From: Pelomyxa schiedti
Taxonomy: Eukaryota > Protista > Evosea
DNA length: 64,000 bases
Direction of reading: 5' to 3'
Assembly: GCA_020536535.1 (NCBI GenBank)
Contig: JAHLWZ010000791.1
Location: forward strand, 1-64,000
Below the pieces are notes generated by a model. That model was not told where the DNA came from. It saw nothing but the letters and a program-made list of their open reading frames with translations, and did not search any database. This document shows positions 39,301 through 50,536 of the stretch, one piece after another (position 1 is the stretch's first letter; each line of letters opens with the position of its first letter). The position numbers and the translations under genes are program-made.

Positions 39301-42300
39301 CTCTCGTCGATGTTCAAACAAGATTTCCTTCTTCGCACAATGAAGCAATATGATTTAAATTTCATCAAGTTCAGTGAAGCAACAGGTGATAAAAATAAAA
39401 TGAGATGGAACCACTTCCTCAGCATCTTGCTTAGCATGATTGACCACTTAATTAGTAACTTCACTTGTCAGATAGTTGCACTATTCGTAGCAAAAAGGTT
39501 TCACGAAAACGAAATACATTACTTCAGATTGCTCCTATATCCACTTCAAACCCTAAACCCTCCTTTGACACCTACTGAACTCCAGTTTTTCCAGAATGTT
39601 CCCCACGATATCCACCTGAAGTTGGAGTCTTGGGTAACTGAACAAATTGGTGCAGTGCTTTGGGGGCGGCTTGTCACTAACATTTTACAACCCCCGCACC
39701 TTAGCCCTCAGGAACTTATCAACTGGGGCCAAGCTTACAGACAATTTTTTACCCATCTTAAACCAAGGAATGAGCTGGCAATTCTCCTTTCTAATAACTA
39801 TCCAACTTTGGTGAAACTGGACGCATTGCGAGTTTTTTACTTGTTTCTGCTAAATGTGAACCCATTGCAATTGGAGGATTCTCTGGCATTTGTGAAACGC
39901 AATCCCGCAATCACACAAGAAATGGAACGTTGGGCACAAGAGCCCTATTCCCCCAGTAACAGATTAATCCATGGCTTGATGCTGGCGGTCAATTTCTTAC
40001 CTCCTCGTGCTGCAGATTCAACAAATTTTCAAGTGCAGACCTTACAAAGCATCGTTGAGTACTTTTTGCTTGACCCAACAAAAACTGATGGGATGAATGA
40101 AGATGCACAGGCAAATTTCCGAACTTTCTTGATGGTATGATTTTAAACGCTTAATCACTATTGAGATTTTTTTTTTAAGCTCTGCAATGGCAGCCTCCAG
40201 AATGACAGCCCTGTAGTGCTTGAGTACTCAAGACTACTGCAGTCTAATATTGGATGGTGGAGCAACTTGTTGAATTCCTGGATCATGTCAAAGCCAGAAA
40301 CGTGGATTCTTGATTCACTCCATTCCATTGCCCAGGTATTGGCAACCACTTTTTCTGTTCCCTAATAATATGTTTATCTTAGCTCATTGCGGACGATAAA
40401 GCCAGCAAGAACACTGGTCTAGAGGCCTTTCAAATTGATCTTCGTTACCCCATAAAAATTCCCAAATCTACCAGTGCCCTTGAATATGCACTATTTCATA
40501 TCTTGCGAACTGCCATGATCAAAACCAAAGGCAATTCTAACATCGGTAACGCAATACTCGGGCCAAGTCTTCCTTTTCCTTTCACGGATCTTCAAGAAGC
40601 TGTCAGATTCTACACTACCTTGAAAGCAGGTCCACCAACTGGTTAGTTTTCCCCTCCTCTTCTTCGTGCCTCATACTCCAAAGATCCTGAACGTGTACTT
40701 ACAACCATTGAGAGGGCTGCTTGTGCCACTGTTATTCTCAAACTTGCATCTTCCCGATTGGTTGCCGAGCCAAGTATCGAGGATCAAGTTAAGGCTCTTG
40801 ACCCTGTTGTAAAAGAGGTTTTTCCTATCTGATTTTTTATCATTTCTCCAATTCTTTATTAGATTCTTCATACTATGCCGGCACTGCGAAAATCCAATTT
40901 GTATTTCTTGAACAATATTATAAGTGAGGAAGCAGTCCTTTCTTTAACTAGATGCTACCCCGCCCTTCAGGAATTGAAGCTCACAGATTTGTATGAACAT
41001 AATCGTTTTTCTGCTACTAAGAATTCATTGTAGTCATGCCCCAATCCCCGTTGTATTGGATAAGTTGTATTACTTCCCTTTCATGCTTCCTTCAAACACT
41101 GCTGAATACCGCCAAAGTCGGGCTGCCCTCTCTACTAAACCTGACCAGGCATCTACCACTTTTGTGACACTTGAGAATACCTATAGCATTCTCACGAATG
41201 CCATCAAATCTGGTACCGAACCGCTAATCAGCACAATAAAGCGCGAAATTGCCGACCCCGCCACAAAGCAGATTCGAAAATGTACTTATTATCGATTTTA
41301 CTACCCTCGATTTTTACAAATCCACAAAACAATAATACCAACAGATGCAATTAGAATGTGCCTTATTCTTGTCTCATATTACCAATATTTTGTAAACAAG
41401 GCTCCTTGTGCAACAATTCAGTCAACTCTGACTAATCTCCAAGAACTTCTTGAGCTCTCTAAAATGGAAAGGGATGCACTAGACTTTGTTTCACAGGGTC
41501 CAAAGAATATCCCTGAATCCAGGAACTCGATTTTGTATTCCTTTTCTATGCAATCTTATGAAGCCAAAGTGGACCATACACTAGCACGTGAGTGCTGTTG
41601 AAATATCATTAGCACTAAAATAACAAGATTTGATGGTGAATGTCCTTGCAACAACAATGGGTTTGCCTGTAACAAACCACATGAATATACGTATATTCAA
41701 CCTTCTTGCTTGTGATCGTACATTGTGTCCCGGATCAGGTGGGACAATATCTTGCTTATCTTACCTTTTCTCACTTGTCTTAGCCTATTCTCGGAATAAC
41801 TGGGATTGTGGCTTCACTTTAGGGGAGGGGAACTTAGCACCTGGGTCTCCCCCCATCATGAGAGATCACCTCACGTGAAATTCCTTTGTCCCATATGCAC
41901 TCCCCCTAATTCACTTAACAGACACAGGCTCGCCTTAAATGTAATCACTTGGTGCTCTTTTTGCTGGGCACTTGCTTTAGAGCCTTCTGAAGGCCATACA
42001 AAAGCACGGACAATAACTCACTTCCTGAACTGTCTTGGTGATGTGGTGGAAAAAAACCCTGTCTATCAAACACACACATACGTTCTCAACCGTGCCCTTG
42101 CTTTCTTTTTCGAGCTTGAAAATAATCAGGAGTTCATTTCACAGGTTAAATACATTCTAAGATCCAGGAATTTACCATATTCATGTACAGCATATTGATG
42201 CAAGCCACTTCATTACTGAATCTCTCCTATTTGTCTGGCAGGTACAGTTCTTGTGACCTTTTACACACAATTTACTGTTTCAGCATATCCACGCAAACCC

Positions 42301-45300
42301 AAACGATCCCTGTCTACCTGAAAACGGCATCTTCCAGGATGTCAACAAAATCGTTGCATACGAAAATATGGTACAACAACAAGGATTCGATATTGTCGGT
42401 CGGAACTATGAACTTCTAAAAGATGCCTTCATGAAAGCAAGAACGGTAAAAACCAGTCATGCCTTTTTTCTGGTAAAATGAATACAGGAGAATGGCAAAC
42501 TCAGAAAGATTGGAAGAGAGCGTGCGGCACATGCTAAGGGTTTACAGTCACCTCTCCTTACGTGGGAGTTGTTCCTAGACCTTATTTCAAATCTGTCAGT
42601 CAGTGAACTCCTTCGCACCTTCATCTCCCTAAGACCAAAGCTGCGGGCACTGAGCAAGCTTCCTGAGTTGCTTCACTTCTACAAATTGCTTAACGAAGTT
42701 TTTGGCCCTCTTCTCCAGGGTATTTTATTTTATTTTTTTTTTATGATCGTAGTAGTCCCACTTGCCCTGCAGAAGAAGACTTGAACTTATCAGTTCAGCA
42801 ATGCATTGAAAAGGTGGCAGCCATCAATCCTACCCTAGGAGAAGCAGTAAAACTGGACTTCGGCAAGTTTCTTGCCGCTTGGACTGTAATACATGGTGCT
42901 ATAGGAGAGATTGAGGGATGTCCTGCCCAGATGGCAGAAAGGTAGAAGTAGGACGCTCAACATTTCATTTTCCCACTCCAACCAGGCGGTTTGAAGCCAG
43001 TGTTCCACTCATTACTGAGGGAATTCCCTTCTCTGAACTGGTTAGCTTGAAAGCCACTGATAGAGGTGATATAATTTATCGCATGATACACACCTTGGCA
43101 CATGAGATTCAGAACAAACTAATCGAAAGTTGCTACAGTAACACTTGCAAGGGTACACCGAGTGCCTTTTACTAGTTGTCTTACATATTCCAGTGGAAGG
43201 AGTCAATCCTTGTGACCTTGTGTGTGACAATAAACCAGCATCACAAAACGTTGAGTTTATTCCTTACCAGCCTGAAACACGTATGGAAGATTTTTTTTGT
43301 GATTTGGGTATTCACCAAAACCTAGCACTGCTTGTAACCGGTGAGATTTCACCAAGAGAACTTGAGTATGCACTTCTTAGTCATGTGCAAGTACCAAGTG
43401 ATGGTCTTCGGGCAAAATTAACTGTGGATAATATTCAACTGCTCCGTCTTGTGAGCCTTCTACATGTACTTATTATGATGTAATCAAAGTCAGATCATCA
43501 GCAAATACCTCGCTGGTCGGTGCCTCCTCACGGACTCTGAATTGAGACTTGAATTTCCGGTAGCACGTTTCGAGGAGACCACAACCCAGATGAGAGGGAC
43601 AGAGGAAGTTTCTGAAGTTGAACAACCAAACACAGGTGACAAGCTTGAAGCACAACTAGTAAGTGCTGTGTCAAGGTATCACTTTCTTTCCATTCTAATG
43701 GTTTGCTGACCAAAATCGCTAATGTAGACTTGGACCTCAATTTTCAGAAGAATTACCTGTATCAATACATACCAATTTGGAACGTTCTCTGAATGGTTTC
43801 TCATTCCCTCTCTACCTGACGAATAACTTTTCAAACAGCTCAATCTGAGGACAATATCCGAGAGCTCATGCGGAACCTCATTCAGTTGCTTCAAGGACTT
43901 TATCGAGAAATTCGAAGTGACGACACACAAAACCACCACGAGACTCTATTTCCCATCTGTTGGCAAACTTTTATCCCGTCCAAAGCAGTACCGGAGATTT
44001 TTGTACCTCTTCAACATTTGAAGGTGTCGGTAATCAGATGTGTGGTTGGCCCTTTACTGGAAAAGTTTAAGTCAAAGCAATGGCTGTTTAAGGACGTCCC
44101 CGGAAGATTCAATAATAACCCTCCTCAGCCTTTGCAGCAATATCTTGAGGCCAAGATAAAGAAGGTACGAATACGCTTCTGTGCCACTGTTCTGAGTAAC
44201 GCAGGTAATGGAAGCACCTGTTGCAGATTTGAGGAAATTCCACAAAGCAGTGTCCACGATTTGTGGTTTCTTCAGTCGAGATCAAATTCAAACACAACCA
44301 CCAGGCACTCTTCTCAAGGTCCTGTTTACCAATTCCTCTGCACCAGAAGACACAAGACATGACGTGGAAGATTTCCTCTCCGAATTTAAAGCGAGTCATT
44401 ATTGTTATTTCATGCGAAAACTTCACACCTTGTGTGGTGACTTGCTTGTTGCAATCTCCAATCTGGTACAGAACATTTTTTATTTCTTTTTTCTGAACTC
44501 AATCAAAGGAAGATGAAGGGGTTGAAGGCTGTGTATGTCCAGTCCTTTTTTTCCTGTTCCCTAACTTCCCACACTTCAGTACCAGGAGCCAGTCGATATT
44601 AAGTTTGGCAGTCTTGTACAACCGGAACAAGAGAGCCCTCAACCGGAGACAACAGAGAATCCTGAAGTCATTCTCGCGACTCTAGTAACTTTACCTGAAG
44701 GTTGGGTTTTGGTCCACGTGCTTGTTCTCAATCTCCAAATAGGGAATCCCAGTGAAAGCCCTATCCAAAACATCGAAATGCTCAAAAAGGAAGCGGTGCG
44801 ATTGGTGACTGAGATCAATCAAACAAGGGAACACACGAGGGGTATTCTTTCTACAATGCCGAAGCTCTGTGACAATCTTACTGTCTTGTCTGACCTTTAC
44901 CAACAAAACGGGTCTGCCAAGTTAGAAGACGTTACTACAACTATGAAGCCGACCTTTGATCAGATTGTGAAATCTTTTACAAAGTTCATGGGTGAACTGG
45001 ATAAATTGGCTGAGGAGGCAGTTGGTGTCAACAAAACGTTGCAACTTGCTTCTGAAGTGAAAGCCATTGAAGAGAGTTTCGACCATTTAAAAAGCTTATC
45101 AAGAGAGTCTGCTGACAGGATGAGCAGTGTCGAAGTACTGGAAACCAAACTCCAAGAGCTTCAGCTCGAGACTGATAGTAGAACAGCAAAGGCACTGGAT
45201 GAACAAACAATTACAACTCCTTTGCAAACAAAACCGAGTCTATGTTTCGAGCCGATGCCATTTCCCCCTTCACACACAGATCAATTGCAAGGCAACCTGG

Positions 45301-46556
45301 ACAGGCCAACGATATCGCCCCAATCAATCCCCATACACTCCGTGTTACAACAGAAGCAAACAATACTACCAGCTATTCCACCTAGGCAATGCTCACCTCC
45401 TCTGGTGTTGCCATCAAAACAAGCGCAAGTTATACATCAACAGGCAATGATGAATCAGGCCATCACTCAACAGATAAGTGCACACCCACAATCCCAAATC
45501 TCACCGCAAACAATTCCTCATTTTGGACCACCTCCCAGTTTATCTCAGCCTCAAATTATCCCTCAGCCTACTATTCGAGCCTACTCAATTAATCACTACC
45601 CAACTAACCAACAGCCAAATACAACACCTCAGAATATACTCCCCATTCCAGGGACAATCCTTCCGATACAACAGATCCTCGCAGCCCAGTCCCAGGGCTT
45701 ACCCCCTAACTCTCCACAAGTGTTCACCCCACCTTCCAGCCATTACACACCACACCCATATCAAGGACCAATAACAGAGGGAACTGTGAAGTCCCCCCTC
45801 ACCTCCCACTTCCCCACTCCCAACATGAACATGGGAGGGACCACATTTCAACCGAACGTAATGCCCAAGCCCACCGTTATATCCTCCCCCCTTCCTACAC
45901 CCCCTTTCATTCCCAGACAATCCTCCGTGCCAGCAATGCCCTCACCAACCTTCATTCCGGCTGTACAGAGACACGTCGGAACAGGAATGCCCCCCCCATC
46001 ACCTCCAATTACGCACGGACTGCCCCCACCCCCTTATGCGGCCAATCTCGCGTTCCAACCCGGAATTCCGGCAGCAATTGCATCACCATCACATATGCCA
46101 GTGCCAACACCAATGCCAATGCCAACTCCGATGCCTATGCCTATGCCTATGCCTATGCCTATGCCTATGCCTATGCCAATGCCAATGCCAATGCCAACTC
46201 CGATGCCAACTCCGATGCCAATGCCAACTCCGATGCCTATGCCAACTCCAATGCCCATGCCAACGCCTATGCCAACTCCAATGCCAATGCCAACACCAAC
46301 ACCAATGTCTATGCCAACTCCAACGCCAATGTCGATGCCAATGCCTACTCCTATCGCTATGCCAATGCCAATGCCCCCTCCCACACCCATCAACTTCAAC
46401 AGACTACAAACCTCATCAGTAATGAACCCCATGCTACAGCCCCCCAATGTCTCAATCCTGCCTCCCATAATCCCAACGGGCCATCCAATGCACCCACAAG
46501 GGGGGGTGATGCCTCCCCCGCACCAACTTGGCGCCAGGTTACCCAAGAGAACCTGA
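27314..46556 (+). CDS. Giant RNF213/mysterin-like AAA+ ATPase (roughly 5,000+ aa); multi-exon
   Basis: Motifs in RNF213 order: GARCGKS, VHLDIS, KYILTPDFALKLLLI, LSGGTGVGKS, CFIDE, SIRDIVR, VGPP|GCSKTL, YQCS..ST, VLLDEVGL, SN..LDEAKTNR, FFHLRDF, RNFGG, FYDVFNRHY, CLVHDNFRLIV, PAPLLNRFEK. That the N- and C-terminal exons belong to the same gene is inferred. Confidence 0.85.
46097..46377 (+). repeat. Coding hexamer repeat (CCWATG/CCAACN)n giving a (PM/PT)n tract of about 90 aa
   Basis: Read directly within ORF 44709-46556. Confidence 0.95.
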
Positions 46557-46722
46557 GGTTGCGCCCCCCTGTAAAAAAAACCGAACGGCGTACATTTTCC
46601 TCAGTTTCTAATTGCTATGACAAGGGTTCCCTCGTCTGCTCATCACTTTTTTCGCCTTTTTGTTTTGTTCCCCAGATCTGGCTGACGGAGCTGAACTGTA
46701 TTCCAGGGTAACACACCAAGGA

Positions 46723-48486
46723 ATGCGCCAGGTGACCACAACTGCGTGTTTGTTTTCTTCTCGTTGTGCCCGCGGTTACGTGGCTTGTTTCAAACTCTGA
46801 CTGTCGCGTCCTGTTTTCTTTTTTTTTTTTCCCCCCTTAACATGTGTCGGCGTAGTCATCTTCGAGCGCAATCTTGGACTTCAGTTCAGTTTCGTTTGAT
46901 CCGGCACCTCATGCATCGCCGAGTATGAGGGCTCGGCTTCATCTAATGTGGCTTTGGGTCAAGTCGCACAAGATGATTCTGTTCGTTTGCTTTATGGCAC
47001 TTCTCATGATAACACTTATGATTTCGATGATTGGCGGCGACGACGTGTCACGGAAAATCGAAATGTGCGAACTTACATTGACAACATTTAACAAGTTTAT
47101 GCGCACTCTCATTTACTGAAGTGGGCAGGCATAAGCGTTTGTATCGATACCAGGACAGCTACTTGAAGTACAACTTCAGTTCTTCACACTACAGAATCGC
47201 CATGATCTCCGATAGAGATTTGGCTTCCAAGACCGAAAATGGCTGGGAGAGTGCTTTGTTGTATGCAGACCTATACCGCGACCCATCTACGGGCAGATAT
47301 GCTCTAACGCTGCAACCACCTGTAAAGCCCCATTCACAGCAATACTGAAACAACTATTACCCTCTCTTTAAATTAATCCCCCTTTTTTGTTACAGACTTT
47401 CCTCACATGGCAAACAAACGAAGCTGGGAGGGGAATGGAATTATCTGAGCTTGTTGAATTTAATGGCCGGCTTCTTGCAGTTGATGATAGAACGGGAATT
47501 GGTGTGCGGTTCGCTATGTCTGACATATCCCCGCTGATATGGGCCAGTTATGGAAGTCGATACGGGAAAAGAAAAAGTTTATGCGGTGTATATACTCGCC
47601 GAGGGTAACGGAAAGTCTAGTAAAGGAATGAAATGTGAATGGGCAGCCGTCCGTGGTGATAAATTGTACATTGGCTCCATTGGCAAGGAATGGATAAATA
47701 AAAAAGGGGTATGAAACTTGCCTTTAACAACTGTAATTGAATTGTGACCGAGTAGGAAATTGTCAACTATACTCCAAATTGGGTCAAAGTCATAGATAGT
47801 GAAGGCCGACTCCACGCTGAGGACTGGACAAATGTATATACTGCAATGAGAGTGGCAACAGGCACAACCTTCCCAGGGTATGAAGAACACTTTAACCGTT
47901 TTACTAAATAATCTTAGATACATGGTGCACGAAGCTGCTACTTGGAACCCTGTGACAATGCGGTGGTATTTCCTCCCTAGAAGAGTAAGGACCTTCACAT
48001 ACCTCTTCTTCTTCTAAAACAACTTACACCAAGGCAAGCACAGAGGCATACGAAGAAGAGGCAGATGAAGATAGAGGAACCAATAAGCTCATCTCCTTTG
48101 TTTCAGAACTGGACCCCTCTTCTACAATGACTGTTACCACTGTTCCGGTTTCTAGTCTAACATTCTCCCAGCTTATGTGAAATAACCTCCTCACAGGGAC
48201 TAAATACTCAGCGGGGATTCTCATCTTTGAAATTTGTCCCTGGGCATGAAACGGAGATTGTTGCACTTAAAACTCAGGAATACCGGGGTCAAATAAGTTC
48301 TTGTATGTCAACACGTCTTTCAGCCTTTACAACTTTACACCCATTTTACCAGATCTCACTGTATTCAATCTTTATGGTCAAATCCTACTTGAAGATTCCC
48401 TTCTTGGTGACATCAAGTTTGTCTTGCTGTTGTCATATTCTCCCTATTAATTTCTCCCAAGGTTTGAAGGGGTGGAGTTCATATAG
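46723..48486 (+). CDS. Calcium-activated nucleotidase/apyrase (CANT1-like) with N-terminal membrane anchor; start uncertain
   Basis: YRIAMISDRD, GRGMELSEL..FNG.L...DDRTG, GMKCEWA....LYIGSIGKEW, YMVHEA..W, WYFLPRR, DEDRGTN, GFSS.KFVPG, IVALKTQE, FEGVEFI*. Confidence 0.93.
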
Positions 48487-48551
48487 ACCCCATCATTGCT
48501 CACACGGCGCCGTGTTCCGGGAAAGAAAAGACAACGTTTTTTCTTTTTGTG

Positions 48552-50507
48552 ATGATACAGCACATTTTTTGCGTAAGTCGAGTGATATGGGACATTGTAA
48601 TACCGAACGTGGCCGGTAATCGCGGCGCGACGCGAGCGCACTGCAGCCACCGCCACGCCCCCAGCCGGCCGCTCTCGTTCTCGTTCGCGCCGCTGGTGCC
48701 CGGCCGCAGCCTCGAGCGCAGCCTGGAGCTCCTGGAGCTCTCGGAGCCGTTCTTCCCGCTCGCGGCCAAGTCGTTCTCGCGGTGCTGCGGGGCCCTGGGC
48801 GGCCCGCTCAACGCCTTCGTGGCGTGCGCCGGCGTCGGGGCGCTGGGCGTGGCCAGGCACGCGGTGTCGGGCCACCAGTACCCCTCGCTGCCCGCGAGCA
48901 CCGGGGCGCTCAGGGACTCGCTCGCCTTTTCGTGCGCCAACGGGCACGCCGACTTCGCGCGGTGGGTGCTGTCGCTCCTCCCCGGGGGCGCAGCGAGCGA
49001 CTGCAGACCCATAACGTGGAACGACGCGATGGTGGCGGCGTGTTCAGGCGGCCACTTGCCCTGCGCCGTGATGGTCGCCGACGACGCCCTGTGCCGTTTC
49101 GGCTCCGACGTGTGCAGGGAGGGCGCCGCCGAGGCCCTATCGTCGTGCTGCAAGTGTGGCAATGACCTCGCGGTGCTCGAGTGCTCAAAGTGGATTGTGG
49201 GAAGGTTCGGTATCACCAGGGACGAGATCATCGCGCGCCAAGTTGGTGCGGACGCCCTTTCTCACGCCAGGGTGGAGGTCGCCGCGTGGCTCGAGGAGAA
49301 ATTCTCGATTGTGGGAAGCCTCACCCGGACTCAAATTGGGACTGTACTGTCCACGTGTGTGGCTTCTGAGAATGGATTGGAGGGTGCAAAGTGGATTAAT
49401 GAGCACTTGGAGTTGAAGGCTATGGATGCATTTGTATGCGATTTTTTTGTTCTGAGGACCTGCTTGAGGTATGGCGGCCTTGAAACTGCAAAATGGCTGT
49501 GTGTGAGGTTTCCTTCTCTGCGGCTTCAATACATTAGACATCCTAGCACCAAAGTAATAAGGTGGGTATGTGGGGGAGGCATGCTGGAAACCGTCAAGTG
49601 GTTCTGTGAAGAGTTCCAGATAGCTGAGGAATGTGTCCGGATGGCAAGAGCCTTGGAAAAGTCTTGCTCACACGGCCACTTAGGCTGTGCACAGTTTCTT
49701 GTCAACCGGTACAATTTAACTTCGGAAGATGCTATCGCCGACCAATCCGCCGCATTGCGCAAAGCATGTATGCACGGGCATTTTACTTGTGCTAAATGGC
49801 TCGCAGAACACTTCTCCATCACCAGTGATGATGCTGCTCAGTTCTACTACGAAGCCTTCCGAGAGGCTTGCGGCCATGGCTACTTAGATATTGCCCAATG
49901 GTTACACTTAAAGTTCTTTTCCGGTACCCAGTGGGTTGACCAAATTGTAACCAATCTTTGCACATGCCTGTGTTTTGTGGAAGACGCAGAATGTGCAATG
50001 AGGCTGGAGATAGACCGCTACTCACCATCAGTTTGTATTGGAGTTCCGCTAATAAGAGCGTGCAAGGAAGGGCATTTAAATACCCTCCAGTGGCTTTGGG
50101 ACACCTTCCTTAGTGTCTGTGAACAATCTACCAAGTGCCTTCTTAGCAAAGTATACCCCCATCTCCTTGTTGCCTCTTGCCTTGGCAACCAGATTGAATG
50201 CCTGGAGTGGACCATCCAGGCCTTACATTCACTCCAATCACCAGTTGATTACCGTCTGTTACTATCTTCCTGCTGCACTGGTGGCTCCCTAGCATGCCTG
50301 CAACACATCCACACCATTATGTATCCGAGTTGCAACCAGCTTCCTCCTACTGATTTGGTAATGGGATGTATATTCCGGGCCGGCAGAACCAAGAACATTT
50401 TTCTGGTGCAGTGGCTGAGGGACACATTTTCTGATGTAATCGAGGAGGACCTCATTGCTGACACCTTGTTGGAGCAAATTGCTGCCAGTAAAAAAGGAAC
50501 AACTTAA
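48552..50507 (+). CDS. Intronless ankyrin-repeat-like protein
   Basis: Repeated AC..GH...A.WL motifs (ACSGGHL, ACMHGHFTCAKWL, ACGHGYLDIAQWL, ACKEGHLNTLQWL). Confidence 0.85.
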   Translation: MIQHIFCVSRVIWDIVIPNVAGNRGATRAHCSHRHAPSRPLSFSFAPLVPGRSLERSLELLELSEPFFPLAAKSFSRCCGALGGPLNAFVACAGVGALGVARHAVSGHQYPSLPASTGALRDSLAFSCANGHADFARWVLSLLPGGAASDCRPITWNDAMVAACSGGHLPCAVMVADDALCRFGSDVCREGAAEALSSCCKCGNDLAVLECSKWIVGRFGITRDEIIARQVGADALSHARVEVAAWLEEKFSIVGSLTRTQIGTVLSTCVASENGLEGAKWINEHLELKAMDAFVCDFFVLRTCLRYGGLETAKWLCVRFPSLRLQYIRHPSTKVIRWVCGGGMLETVKWFCEEFQIAEECVRMARALEKSCSHGHLGCAQFLVNRYNLTSEDAIADQSAALRKACMHGHFTCAKWLAEHFSITSDDAAQFYYEAFREACGHGYLDIAQWLHLKFFSGTQWVDQIVTNLCTCLCFVEDAECAMRLEIDRYSPSVCIGVPLIRACKEGHLNTLQWLWDTFLSVCEQSTKCLLSKVYPHLLVASCLGNQIECLEWTIQALHSLQSPVDYRLLLSSCCTGGSLACLQHIHTIMYPSCNQLPPTDLVMGCIFRAGRTKNIFLVQWLRDTFSDVIEEDLIADTLLEQIAASKKGTT

Positions 50508-50536
50508 AATAACAAACTGTTTTTCTCTTGCTGCTT

